Shown: in pieces, positions 1-12,140 of the stretch
Numbering within the stretch: position 1 is the first letter of the stretch
How the letters are laid out: every line of letters begins with the position of its first letter
Made by a program: the position numbers and the translations under genes
Notes under the pieces: generated by a model
Seen by the model: only the letters and a program-made list of their open reading frames with translations
Told to the model about the DNA's origin: nothing
Database searches by the model: none
Source of the DNA: Mustelus asterias
Lineage: Eukaryota
Direction: 5' to 3'
Length of the DNA: 64,000 nt
NCBI RefSeq assembly: GCF_964213995.1
Contig: NW_027590388.1
Coordinates: forward strand, 186,001 to 250,000

Positions 1-24
1 TTCATTCCTTTCCTCTGCTGGCAG

Positions 25-560
25 GGAGCACTGCGCATGCGCACTGTTGCAACCTCATGCGATCAAGAGGCAGCCTTGACCCCAGGTCTGTCATCAAAAA
101 ACTCGCAGCTTCTCTTCCTGAAAACACGGAACCGATAGCTTCTTATTCGGATCGTGAATCCTCCAGAAGGTGTTAATGGAACCTCCCAGTCCACTCACCG
201 GCTCTGTTCCTCTCCTGTCCGGGCCTCATGTCTCCCTGCGGATTCCACACCACTGTCTGCATCCGCACTGCGCATGCTCCAGTCACAGCCCCGCACAGAG
301 CCTGCGCAGCGGGCTCCGGCAGAGGTTAGGGCCCCGCCCCTCATTCACTCCTATTGGTTGGAAGACCAGCCGCTCCAGCTCGGTCCTCCAGCCCCGCCCC
401 TCATTCACTCCGATTGGTTGGAGGACCAGCCGCTCCAGCTCGGTCCTCCAGCCCCGCCTCTCATTCACTCCGATTGGTTGGAGGACCAGCCGCTCCCGCT
501 CGGTCCTCCAGCCCCGCCCCCTCACATTGTTCCGGAATCTCACTCCGCCGCTTCCGCCTT
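25..560 (+). promoter_or_regulatory. CpG-island promoter of ZNF gene 1
   Basis: CpG-rich; perfect NRF1-type palindrome TGCGCATGCGCA at 32-43; repeated ATTGG (CCAAT) and CCCCGCCCC (GC box) motifs; homologous to 18950-19050 and 53585-53690. Confidence 0.75.
331..520. repeat. 60-bp tandem repeat x3 (GC box + CCAAT box unit)
   Basis: gccccgcccctcattcactccgattggttggaggaccagccgctccagctcggtcctcca at 331, 391, 451. Confidence 0.95.
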
Positions 561-788
561 CACCCCCAGCAGCAACTTCAACCAAAGACCCAACTGGGAA
601 AAGGTGAATATTTCCGCATGTTTAAAATCAGTCATAAAATCATTAAATATGATTTGTTGTTGTGAGCTGCATTATTTGTGAGAATGAGAGTGACGGAGTG
701 GGATTGATCCACAGCCTGAGTCACCAGTTTAAGGACAGGAGGAGAGAGAATCTGGAGAGGACAAAAGAATCAGGAGAGTGCAGTGAGC

Positions 789-837
789 ATGGATCTGTCA
801 ATCAGCCTCAATCAGCACCTTCAGGAGAATTGGGAGG
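789..837 (+). other. 5' exon of ZNF gene 1 with uORF MDLSISLNQHLQENWE
   Basis: ATG at 789, donor G|GTGAAT at 837/838, acceptor ttttacag|G at 1004/1005; identical 49 nt at 33984-34032. Confidence 0.6.
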
Positions 838-1342
838 GTGAATATTAGATACAGCAGAGTGAAAATGGAGGGAGAGTGTGTGGGATGGAGATTCACAGCT
901 TTTGGGGAATGAGAGAGAAAGAATGTTCCATAGAAACGAGAATTGTCTGTTCTGAATTTCTGTCCTGTACTGACACTGATGACTTTTGTAAACTCATTTT
1001 ACAGGATATTGAAAGAGGAATCACAGACCGAAATCTCAAACGTCACATCAGATCTGACAGAGTCATATTCCTTGGGAGCTGAATATCATCGGCCTTTGAA
1101 TCCAGAAGGACAAATGATTGTCCGGTCTGTCGATTTGAAAGGATTTCAAATGTCAGTGTGACTGGAAAAGGACCAACACGCTGCCACGCTCGGGTGAGGG
1201 TGTTAAAGAGCTTTAACCAGTTACACAGCCTGAATAAAGATCACACCATTAACAGCGGGGAGAGACTGCACTCGTGTTGTGTGTGTGTTAACGAGGCTTC
1301 AACTGATTGTCCACCAAAGAGAGAGGCAAGGACACATGCACC

Positions 1343-2437
1343 ATGGAGAAACCATGGAAATGCGGGGACTGTGGGAAGAGATACAGATCGCCATCAGAGC
1401 TGGAAGTTCATCGGCGCAGTCACACTGGAGCGAGGCCATTCGCCTGTTCTCAGTGTGGGAAGGGATTCAGTGAAATATCCCACCTGCGGACACACCAGCG
1501 AGTTCACACTGGGGAGAGGCCGTTCACCTGCTCTCAGTGTGGGAAGGGATTCAGTCAGTTATCCAGCCTGCAGACACACCAGCGAGTTCACACTGGGGAG
1601 AGGCCGTTCACTTGCTCTCAGTGTGGGAAAGGATTCAGTCAATTATCCAACTTGCAGACACACCAACGAGTTCACACTGGGGAGAGACTGTTCACTTGCT
1701 CTCAGTGTGGGAAGGGATTCAGTCAGTTATCCAACCTGCGCAAACACCAGCGAGTTTGCACTGGGGAAAGGCCATTCACCTGCTCTCAGTGTGAGAAGGA
1801 ATTCACTCATTTATCCAGCCTGCAGACACACCAGCGAGTTCACACTGGGGAGAGGCCGTTCACCTGCCCTCAGTATGGGGAGGGATTCACTCAATCATCC
1901 AACCTGCAGACACACCAGCGAGTTCACACTGGGGAGAAACCATTCACTTGCTCTCAGTGTGGGAAGGGAGTCACTCAGTTATCGAGTCTGCGGACACACC
2001 TGCGAGTTCACACTGGGGAGAGACCATTCACCTGCTCTCAGTGTGGGAAGGGATTCAGTGATTCATCCAGCCTGCGGAGACATGAGCGAGTTCACACTGG
2101 GGAGAGGCCGTTCACCTGCTCTCAGTGTGGGAAGGAATTCACTCAGTTATCCAGTCTGCGGACCCATGAGCGAGTTCACACTGGGGAGAGGCCGTTCAGC
2201 TGCTCTCAGTGTGGGAAGGGATTCAGTCAGTTATCCAATCTGCGGACACACGAGCGTATTCACACTGGGGAGAAACCGTTCACCTGCTCTCAGTGTGGGA
2301 AGGGATTCACTGACTTATCCAACCTGTGCACACACCAGCGAGTTCACACTGGGGAGAGGCCGTTCACCTGCTCTCAGTGTGGAAAGGGTTTCAGAGTTTC
2401 AGCCCAGCTGCTGAGACACCAACAAGTTCACGAGTGA
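1343..2437 (+). CDS. C2H2 zinc-finger protein (ZNF gene 1), 364 aa, 13 finger repeats
   Basis: MEKPWKC start in ACCATGG context; 28-aa repeats with TGERPF linkers; finger 5 ends in C (C2HC), finger 7 has C->Y. Confidence 0.9.
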   Translation: MEKPWKCGDCGKRYRSPSELEVHRRSHTGARPFACSQCGKGFSEISHLRTHQRVHTGERPFTCSQCGKGFSQLSSLQTHQRVHTGERPFTCSQCGKGFSQLSNLQTHQRVHTGERLFTCSQCGKGFSQLSNLRKHQRVCTGERPFTCSQCEKEFTHLSSLQTHQRVHTGERPFTCPQYGEGFTQSSNLQTHQRVHTGEKPFTCSQCGKGVTQLSSLRTHLRVHTGERPFTCSQCGKGFSDSSSLRRHERVHTGERPFTCSQCGKEFTQLSSLRTHERVHTGERPFSCSQCGKGFSQLSNLRTHERIHTGEKPFTCSQCGKGFTDLSNLCTHQRVHTGERPFTCSQCGKGFRVSAQLLRHQQVHE

Positions 2438-2699
2438 TTCCAGGGGTTGGATTCTGCTGTTATTGTTTCTGCTCTCAATTACATCCAGGACTGCATTTTA
2501 TTCATTCTCACAGTTAGTCAATGGAGAGGGTCGGAGGGTTTCTTTCTGCTGGACTGGCCGGTCTCACGACATTGCCTCCAGTGGGCTGATGCTCTTTGAG
2601 TCTTGTTGCAAATACCTGGTTTCAAATTTCACAAGGATCACAGAGTGACCGGGTGTGAGGAAGTTCAGAGATATTTAGTCAGCATTTCTGTTTGATACC

Positions 2700-2935
2700 T
2701 CCCCAAATTCCCATCCAATTTCCTTTGTAATTGTTTATTGTCTCCATTTCCTCCACCCTCGTAGGCAGCGAGTTCCAGGTCATTACCATTCGCTGCATCA
2801 AATTGTTCTTTCTCACATCCCCCCCCGCATCTCTGACCCAAAATCATAAATCTGTGTCCCCCTCGTCCTTGTCCCATCAGCTAATGGGAACGGATTTTCT
2901 TTGTCCACCTTATCTAAACCTGTCAGAATCTTGTC
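2700..2935 (-). mobile_element. old CR1 LINE 3' fragment shared by the 3' flanks of ZNF genes 1, 2 and 5
   Basis: degenerate CR1 ORF2 C-terminus; copies at ~12505-12810 and ~49055-49380. Confidence 0.7.
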
Positions 2936-3252
2936 AGGAATGTGTAGCTGGAAATCCCTCCCTAACAGCACTGTGGGTGTACTTATACCTCAGGCATTAT
3001 AGCAGTTCAGGAAGGCAGTGTTGGGGTTGACCACGGCCGAGGCAGCTACATACAGCCACATATTCTGTTATAATTGAAGGACAGCAGATTGAATGTGAGA
3101 CATTATGGGACTGGACTATCTTGACCACATTCCTGTGACTGCTCAGTTTCTGCAATCACGAACCATTAAAGCTGCTTAGCAGGGCCCCGACAGAGGACCT
3201 TGTGAGAATATTTACACAGAACGAGTTAGAATGAAACTTATTCCATAGGTTT

Positions 3253-3552
3253 GGGCGGCATGGTGGCACAGTGGTTAGCACTGCTGCCTCACAGCGCCAG
3301 GGACCCGGGTTCGATTCCTGGCTCGGGTCACTGTCTGTGTGGAGTCTGCACATTCTCCCCGTGTCCCTGTTTCCTCCCAAAGTCCAAAGATGTGTGGGTT
3401 AGGTGGATTGGCCATGCTAAATTGCCCCTTAGTGTCAGGGGGACTAGCTAGGGTAAATGCATGGGGGATAGGGCCTGGGTGTGATTGTGATCGGTGCAGA
3501 CTCGATGGGCCAAATGGCCTCCTCTGCACTGTAGGATTCTATGAATCTATGA
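3253..3552 (+). mobile_element. HE1-like tRNA-derived V-SINE
   Basis: tRNA head with A box TGGCACAGTGG and B box GGTTCGATTCC, central core, CR1-type tail; absent from the inverted paralog near 12035. Confidence 0.9.
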
Positions 3553-3907
3553 ATAACCAGCTGATATTCAGTGGCTGAGATATCCAAATCTGTAAAAAGG
3601 GGGTCTGACCAATCAACAAACGGTGGTAGGTAGTAGATTAAGAAGCGTTCTCAGGCATTAAATTATTTTATCATAAATTTGTGATAAGAACTGTGAAGGT
3701 CTTGTGACCCGGTCGTCGGTGAGGTGACGGTACACTCCAAGTAGCACTGGACTGAAAAGTGGATCTCTAAGAGTGGATTCTAATGGTTATAATCTTACCC
3801 AAGCATGGCCAGTGAAAAATTCAGAGCTCGAGTGGGCACCAGACAGATTTCTTACCTGTCTTTTGGAAACTAAGAACAAGAAACTTATCGATAAAATGAT
3901 TTGAGAA

Positions 3908-4050
3908 TTGAGCCAACATTTTGAGTCGAGATGACACTTCATAGGAGCTCTGATAAAGGGTCATCCAGACTTGAAACGTTGGCTCTATTCTCTCCCTACA
4001 GATGCTGTCAGATCTGCTGGGATTTTCCAGCATTTTCTGTTTTTGTTTTA
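3908..4050 (+). mobile_element. short Penelope-pLTR-like repeat with degenerate hammerhead (second family)
   Basis: agctCTGATAAagggtcatccagacttGAAACGTTggct; related copies at ~11530-11680, 14122-14305, 23545-23630, 26880-26975, 41700-41805, 52347-52530. Confidence 0.6.
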
Positions 4051-4460
4051 CTTTTATAATAAATGATTTGGTCTGATTGGAATCCCCACGACCCTCCTGC
4101 AAGACAGAGAGAAAGTGGTGGCAAAAGGAGAAAAAGGATAAGGATGATAAAGTCTGGGTTCTGATTCCCGAGCCCATGTAGAATTAACAAAACGAGTGAA
4201 CCAGTTTATAAAGAACAGAAATTACCCATCCCTAACAAAAACTGATCAAATGAAAATAGGTTGAGGAATATAACAAAAAAATTAATAGATGAAGTTTAAA
4301 ATCAAGTTTCTTTTGTTGTTAGAGAGGGGATTTTTTACAGTAACTTCATTGCAGTGTTAATGTAAGCTTACTTGAGATTAATTATAAACTTTAAGTTTTT
4401 TAAAGTTATTTTGTCAGAGGGGTTCAGAATACCTTGAGATTAAAAACTAATAAAAGCTAT

Positions 4461-5240
4461 TGAAACAGGGTGGACTGACTTAGACTAACATAGAATAAGG
4501 ACCACAACGTGCCTTATTTATATTATACAAAGGTACTGTCTGCATAGAGATACATATAACCACTGGTAGAGAATTTAAATATGTACTTTTTGGACTAAAA
4601 TGTACACCTTGGCCAAACTGCAGACTGCCCGAAAGCATAATGGGATAAAAGCTGAGTGAGACAGGCCACATTCTGTCAGAACAGTGAAGCCACAGAGCAC
4701 AGTTTTTATCAGCATGAGTTATAAAAGTAAACGCTTCCCAGACACTAGAATGAATAGAATTATTCATTTTTTACTGATAAGGGATGGCTCAGCAGACAGT
4801 GGAAAGGAACTTTTGAACCCTCTAAGCTATGTAATAGAAGTTGCTGAGAGTCAGTTAGAAAGCAACCTTTGAACCCTATGGACCTACGTAAGTGAAAGTT
4901 TGCTAGTAACAGTGGGCAGGAACTTTCAGATTCTACAGACCAATGAATTCCCATTCTTCCAGAAGATAGGATGTTATTGGCCAAGGTAAATATTGTGCAC
5001 GAACATGATTGGAGCATCCAGTTAGGATGACAGAGTGGGCGGGTGAAACGAACTTTCAAAATAGTATAACTAAAGGGCCAATGTATTGTAACTTTAGAAA
5101 GGAGTTGGACTGCCCAGCTGCCTTTCTCCCAGCGCGTGTTGGTCAATAAATAATGTCTTTAACCCGTATACTGTCTTTTGCAAATCATTGTATTAGCCGA
5201 GTTCAGCTCAATACTTCGCCTCCGAGAAAAACCCCCATCA
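4461..5240 (+). mobile_element. possible solo LTR
   Basis: TG...CA ends, TATA-like and AATAAA (5145) signals; no clean TSD. Confidence 0.35.
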
Positions 5241-5242
5241 TA

Positions 5243-5555
5243 TGTAAAGTGAAGTAATTGTGGGCCAAGTCAGAGGGTAAAATGCAATTGGCTGAAGTAT
5301 ATGACGTGTTGAAAATGATTGGTTTACACCTGATGAAAGGCAGGAGAATTGATATGAAGAATGTATTATTGAGTCATCCTAAGCATTGTATGTCTGTTAT
5401 TGGAGAGATCAGGATGCTTCTCTTCTCGAGAGGGATTAACACCGTCCAATAATTTCTCCCTTCAATCAAATAAAAGATAAGTCTTTAAACTGGGACACTG
5501 GCTTTCATGAGTCTTTGTATTGTCTGAAGATTTTGGCAATACCTGGTCTCCAGCG
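5243..5555 (+). mobile_element. fragment of LTR family related to 36486-37407
   Basis: similar to ~37075-37390 (gtcagagggtaaaatgcaattg ... gacactggctttc). Confidence 0.6.
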
Positions 5556-5833
5556 GTAATGTACCCAGTGTGTTGGGGGAAATGAACTCAGAAGAATCAT
5601 TCAATACTCAAGCCTGATTCAATCAACAAACAGTTTATTGAGTTATGCCAGGGGGGAGAAGCCACAGGGGCTGACCATGTGCAACTCCACCCAACACAGA
5701 ATATCATCAATTCTTATCCAGTTACTCAGCCCATCCCGGCTGGACACAATCCAATCAGAATGGTTATAGATTACATATATTATATATGTGTCCAATGAAA
5801 TTAGTATCTGGGCATTCGGGGCTTTGTGATCAT

Positions 5834-8800
5834 GCAAAACAGATTATGGCTAGGTGCGGAGGTCACAGGGTAGTTGTCATGGGTGACTTTAACTTTCCAA
5901 ATACTGATTGGATCTTTTTAGGTTGAATAGTTCAGATGGGGCAGTTTTTGTACAGTGTGTGCAAGAGAGTTTCCTGACACAATATGTGGATAGGCCGACA
6001 AGATGTGGGGCCACATTGGATTTGGGTCTAGGAAATGAACCGGGCCAAGTGTTTAGATTTGGTTGTGGGAGAGCACTTTGGAGATAGCGACCACAATTCG
6101 GTGTCTTTCGTTATTGCAATGGAGAGGGATAGGGCCATACGGCAGGGCAAGGTTTACAATTGGGGGAGGGGTAATTATGATGCGATTAGGGAGCATGAGA
6201 TGGGAACAGAAACTGTCAGGGAAAGGCTCAAATGAAAAGTGGAGCTTGTTCAAGGAACAAATTCTGCGTGTCCTTGATAGGTATGTCCATGCCAGGCAGA
6301 GAGGAAATGGCCGAGTGAGGGAACCATGGTTCACAAAAGAGGTTGAATGCCTTGTCAAGGGGAAGAAGGAAGTGTATGTTAGGATGAGAAAACAAGGTTC
6401 AGTTGGGTCCATTAAGGGTTACAAGTTAGCAAGGAATGAGCTGAAAAAAGGGCTTAGGAGAGTTGGAGGGTGCATGAGAAGTCCTTGGCGGGTCGGATCA
6501 AGGAAAACCCCAAGGCTTTTTAGAACAAACAAAGAACAAAGAACAATACAGCACAGGAACAGGCCCTTCGGCCCTCCAAGCCCGCGCCGCTCCCCGGTCC
6601 AGGATTGAATCCTGAATCCAGGATCCCCGCCCAATTTTCCAGCCTATCTACATCCTAATATCCTATCCACCGAGCTGTCTCTCACAGCTACGATGCTTTG
6701 TTCATCACAACCTATTAATTCACCCCCACCCCCCCATTCCAGACCATGTGATCTCCAGGGAGAGGCGAAAACCCAGAGTGAAAACCCCAGGGCCAATATG
6801 GGGAAAACAAAATCTGGGAAATTCCTCTCCGACCCCCTGTGGCGATCGAAACGAGTCCAGGAGATCACACTGGCCCTGATCAGAAAATGCTTCCCAACCC
6901 TATTCATTTCCACTTCTGCTTTACGAACACCATCTGAATTCCCTGCCCCCGAGACAGGTTCCCAACTATCCGCAGTCTCGCTCTGTACTGGCACCAGCAA
7001 GATGATCATAGAATGAGGCCTTGAAACAAGAAACAAAGAACAATTAGCCCGCGCCGCTCCCTGGTCCAAACTAGACCACTCTTTTGCATCCCTCCATTCC
7101 CACTCCGTTCATATAGCTGTCTAGATAAGTCTTAAACGTTCCCAGTGTGTCTGCCTCCACCAACTTGCCCGGCAACACATTCCAGGCCCCCACCACCCTC
7201 TGTGTAAAATATGTCCTTCTGACATCTGTGTTAAACCTCCCCCCCTTCACCTTGAACCTATGACCCCTCGTGAACGTCACCACCGACCCGGGGAAAAGCT
7301 TCCCACCGTTCACCCTATCTATGCCTTTCATAATTTTATACACCTCTATTAAGTCTCCCCTCATCCTCCGTCTTTCCAAGGAGAACAACCCCAGTTTCCC
7401 CAATCTCTCCTCATAACCAAGCCCCTCCATACCAGGCAACATCCTGGTAAACCTCCTCGTACTCTCTCCAAAGCCTCCACGTCCTTCTGGTAGTGTGGCG
7501 ACCAGAACTGGACGCAGTATTCCAAATGCGGCCGAACCAACGTTCTATACATCTGCAACATCAGACCCCAACTTTTATACTCTATGCCCCGTCCTATAAA
7601 GGCAAGCATGCCATATGCCTTCTTCACCACCTTCTCCACCTGTGACGTCACCTTCAAAGATCTGTGGACTTGCACACCCAGGTCCCTCTGCGTCTCTACA
7701 CCCTTTATGGTTCTTCCATTTATCGTGTAGCTCCTCCCTACATTATTCCCACCAAAATGTATCACTTCGCATTTATCAGGATTGAACTCCATCTGCCATT
7801 TCGTTGCCCAAATTTCCAGCCTATCTATATCCTTCTGTAGCCTCTGACAATGTTCCTCACTATCTGCAAGTCCTGCCAGTTTATTCCTCTTATGTGAGGA
7901 ATAAAAGGGTGAGGTTAGGGCCGGTCAAGGACAGTAGTAGGAACTTGTGCATGGAGTCAGAACAGATGGGAGAGGCGATGAATGAATACTTTTCTTCAGT
8001 GTTCATCAAGGAGAGGGGCCTTTTTGAGGATGAGAGTGTGATACAGGCTGATAGGCTGGAGGAGGCAGATGTTCTGAGGGAATATGTATTAGCAATTTTG
8101 AAAAAACCTGAAGGTTGATAAGTCCCCTGGGCTTGATGAGATATATCCCAGGATTCTTTGGGAGGCAAGGGATGAGATTGCAGAGCCTTTGGCTTTGATC
8201 TTTGGGTCCTCGCTGTCCACAGGGATAGTGCCAGAGGACTAGAGAGTGGCGAATGTTGTTCCTCTGTTCAAGAAAGGAAATAGGAATGATCTTGGTAATT
8301 ATAGGCCAGTTAGTCTTACTTACTTGGTAAGTTAATGGAAAAGGTCCTGAGGGATAGGATTTACGACCATTTAGAAAGATGCAGCTCAATCCGGGATAGT
8401 CAACACGGATTTGTGAAGGGTAAGTCTTGCCTCACAAATTTGATTGAATTTTTTGAGGAGGTAACTAAGTGTGTAGATGAAGGTAGAGCAGTTGATGTCA
8501 TATATATGGATTTTAGTAAGGTGTTTGATAAAGTCCCCCATGGTCGGCTCATGAAGAAAGTAAGGAGATGTGGGATAGAGGGAAATTTTGCCGATTGGAT
8601 AAGTAACTGGGTATCTCATAGAAGACAGAGGGTGGTGGTGGATGGAAAATTTTCAGACTGGAGACCAGTTACCAGCAGTGTACCACAAGAATCAGTGCTG
8701 GGTCTTCTACTATTTGTGATTTTTATAAATGACTTGGAGGAGGGGGCTGAATGGTGGATTAGTAAATTTGCGGATGACACCAAGATTGGTGGAGTAGTGG

Positions 8801-9668
8801 ATGAGTAGGAGGGCTGTTGTGGGCTGCAAAGAGACATTGATAGGATGCAGAGGTGGGCCGCAAAATGGCAGATGGAGTTTAACCCTGATAAGTGCGAGGT
8901 GATTCATTTTGGTAGGACAAATTTGAATGCGGATTACAGGGTCAAAGGTAGGGTTCTGAGGAATGTCGAGGAACAGAGAGATCTTGGGGTTCTTATCCAC
9001 AGATCTCTAAAGGTTGCCACTCAAGTGGATAGAGCCGTGAAGAAGGCCTATAGTGTGTTAGCGTTTATTAACAGGGGGTTTGAATTTAAGAGCCGTGAGG
9101 TTATGCTGCAACTGTACAGGACCTTGGTGAGACCACATTTGGAATATTGTGTGCCGTTCTGGTCACCTCACTATAAAAAGGATGTGGAAGCAGTGGAAAG
9201 AGTGCAAAGGAGATTTACCAGGATGCTGCCTGGTTTGGAGGGTAAGTCTTATGAGGAAAGGTTGAGGGAGCTAGGGCTTTTCTCTTTAGAGCGGAGGAGG
9301 TTGAGAGGTGACTTAATAGGGGTTTATAAGATGATGAGGGGGATAGATAGAGTGGACGTTTAGAGACTATTTCCTCAGGTGGATGTAGCTGTTACTAGGG
9401 GGCATAACTATAAGGTTCGTGGTGGAAGATATCAGAGGGATGAACGAGGTAGGTTCTTTACTCAGAGAGTGGTTGGGGTGTGGAATGGACTGCCTGCTGT
9501 GATAGTGGAGTCAGACACTTTAGGAACTTTCAAGCGGTTATTGGATAGGCACATGGAGCACACTAGAATGATAGGGAGTGGGATAGCTTGATCTTGGTTT
9601 TGGAAAACGTTCGGCACAACATCGTGGGCCGAAGGGCCTGTTCTGTGCTGTACTGTTCTATGTTCTAT
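5834..9668 (+). mobile_element. CR1 LINE, 5'-truncated, degenerate ORF2 (interrupted at 6523-7880)
   Basis: endonuclease remnant GDFNFP at ~5880; RT motifs QHGF, YMDFSK, KFADDTK in ORFs 8335-8808 and 8845-9363; TGTTCTA tail; empty site at ~44740. Confidence 0.92.
6523..7880 (-). mobile_element. nested CR1 LINE 3' fragment with duplicated tail and extra 3' module
   Basis: ORFs 7361-7792 and 7071-7442 (RPHLEYC, LFSLERRR); tail motif at 6523-6600 and again at 7026-7068. Confidence 0.9.
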
Positions 9669-9794
9669 CTCATGAACAGATAGTTGCCCCCATCACGGTG
9701 CTTTTCAAAACTCCTTACCTACCATCCTTGGGCTTTGTTTGTACTGAGATTCCCTTCATTTGAAAAGGGGTGGATTAAAAGTTCTCAAAATTAG

Positions 9795-10069
9795 TTTTTT
9801 TTTAAAGTTTATTTATTTGTCACAAGTAAGGCTTGCAATGAAGTTACTGTGAAATTCCCCCAGTCGCCACACTCCGATGCCTGTTCAGGTCAATGCACCC
9901 TAACCAGCATGTCTTTCAGACAGAGAGGAAAGCAGAGCACCCGAAGGAAACCCAAGCAGACACGGGGAGAATATGCAAACTCCACACAGACAGTGACCCA
10001 AGCCGGGAATCGAACCCGGGTCCCTGGCGCTGTGAGGCAGCAGTGCTAAAAACTGTGCCACCATGCCGT
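9795..10069 (-). mobile_element. tRNA-derived SINE (HE1-type head, alternative tail)
   Basis: reverse complement of tRNA head at 10000-10069; absent from paralog at ~44855. Confidence 0.85.
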
Positions 10070-10089
10070 CACTGTCACTGTGCCACCAT

Positions 10090-12140
10090 GGATGTCAGCG
10101 CCCTTTCTTGGTTTTAATCAAATGACCACATGGTCTGGGAATCATTTCTATTTCATAATCTCTCCTTTTAAACTCTTTCCTTCAGTATCCAATTCCAGAA
10201 TTTTCCTTTTCATTGTGTTAATTGTGTCAGGAATAAATCTTTGGATCCGACAGGAAGTTTAACTCAAGATCAATCCAACACAGGATTGATCAGAGTCATT
10301 TCACATGTGTCAAATTTTAAATAACCATTACAAATTAAAACTCTCATTCTCACATGTGAATTGTATCTGGATTGAAATTCCTGCATGTTTAGTAAAATAT
10401 CCTGGAATCATATCTCTGGCCAGTAAATATGGTTCCAGGTTCATAACTTATGACAAAAAGCTTTATTAATTACACTTACTTATTTAAAATCTGTTTGATT
10501 TAAATCACAGACAGAAAACCTGAAAGCTTGAAACATTCAACCCACAAATATCATCCATGCACAAGCAGAGAAACTTAGCATGTGCTTTACAACAACAATA
10601 ACCAAACTTAATTCCTTAAGCGTTCTTGTGGTTCTGCTTTTAAACTTCCAAAAATGCCTTTAATTAAAGACTCAAGATAAGGTTAATTCCCCAGAAAGAT
10701 AAACCTTAACAAATGTAGCCCAAAACAATGATAAAACGCATCTACAAACATCCACATAAAACAAATGAAACACACAGGTTCTCCCAGCTCATAAATTTCA
10801 AACAATGAATCGTCAGCGTTCTCTCTCTCTCAGCTATAGCTTCTTAAAGCGACAGAGCACTACAAGCTCACAACTCCTTGAATAAGATACAAGATCCTCC
10901 ATTCTAACTTAACCTTTTCAAGCCAACTTCCAAGATCTGATTTATAGGCAAAATCGCAAACAAGTTACCAGCGGAAAAATCTTTGTTCTTTACCTGGGGT
11001 GACAACACGATAAAATTCTCAGTTATTCCAAAGTCCTCCAGGCTATGCGTAAATTTCCACATTTAACTGGATCCTATAAATCCTCAATTATAAACTAAAA
11101 TAGACAGATGCGTTTCTGGGTGATTTAAAAACAAATCAAATGTCTGCTGAAAGGATTAACTTTTCTACAGAACCTAAAGGGGTGGGGAGTGAGCGGGAAA
11201 AACTTGGCACACAATTACGTCACAATATACAAGTTTAAAAAACTTCTCTATCAACCAAACAAACTTGATTTTAAACTTCATCTATTAATTTTTTATTATT
11301 TTCCTCAACCTAATTATTTTCATTTGATCAGTTTTTGTTAGGGATGGGTAACTTCTGTTCTTTATAAACTGGTTCACTCATTTTGTTAACTCTACATGGG
11401 CTCGGAGAATCAGAACCCAGACTTTATCATCCTTATTTTTTCTCCCTTTGCCACGACTCTCTCTGTTTTGCGGGAGGGTCGTGGGGATTCCAATCAGACC
11501 GAATCAAATTATCATAAAAGTAAAATAGTGCGGATGCTGGAATCTGAAATGAAAACAGAAAATGCTGGAAGATCTCAACAGGTCTGACAGCATCTTTGGA
11601 GAGAGAATAGAGTCAATGTTTTGAGTCTGGATGAGCTTCTTACAAAGTGTCATCCAGAATCGAAACGTTGTTTCTATTCTCTAATCATTTTATCGATAAG
11701 CTTCTTGTTCTTAGTTTCCAAATGGCAGGTAAGAGACCTGTCCAGTCCCCACTCGAGCTCTGGTTTTTCACTGGCCATGCGTGGATAGGATTATAACTGT
11801 TAGAATCCACTCTCAGAGATCTGCTTTTCAGACCAGTGCTACTTGGAGAATACCATCACTTCACCAAATATCGGGTCACAAGTCCCTCACAGTTCTTATG
11901 ACAAATTGACGATAGGTTAAGCAATGCCTCAGAACGCTTTTTAACTTCTTAACCAACTACCGACCACTGTTTGTTGATCGGTCGGACCCCTTTTTTACAG
12001 ATTCAGGTCTCTCAGCCGCTGAACACCAGCCGGTCCTGGAATAAGTTTAATTTGAACTCATTCTGAGTCAATATTCTCACCAGGTCCTCTGTTGGGACCC
12101 TGCTAAGCAGCTTTAATGGTTCATGATTGCAGAAACTGAG
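10090..12140 (-). other. unclassified AT-rich duplicated sequence, possibly ERV/LTR-element derived
   Basis: 10090-11110 matches 44856-45900; 11260-12140 is the inverted copy of ~3150-4310; no recognisable protein. Confidence 0.4.

Noticed and set aside
154-681. Pro-rich ORFs over CpG islands (also 16768-17306, 18650-19530, 26297-26853, 53277-54181)
   Set aside because: Stop-poor GC-rich promoter or repeat sequence with no recognisable domain
1158-2414. 418-aa ORF and similar [21 protein letters not shown] / ASSHWGEA repeat ORFs
   Set aside because: Shifted-frame shadows of the C2H2 arrays, lacking an ATG start and broken in most paralogs
1150-2600. Selenocysteine or read-through decoding of the shared upstream TGA codons using a 3' UTR SECIS
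   Set aside because: The leaders also contain frameshifts and TAA, and the ATGA...TGA motif in the UTR lacks the SECIS helix length and apical AA
3253-3325. tRNA gene
   Set aside because: It is the tRNA-derived head of a SINE, continuous with the SINE body and tail; the same holds for the other copies
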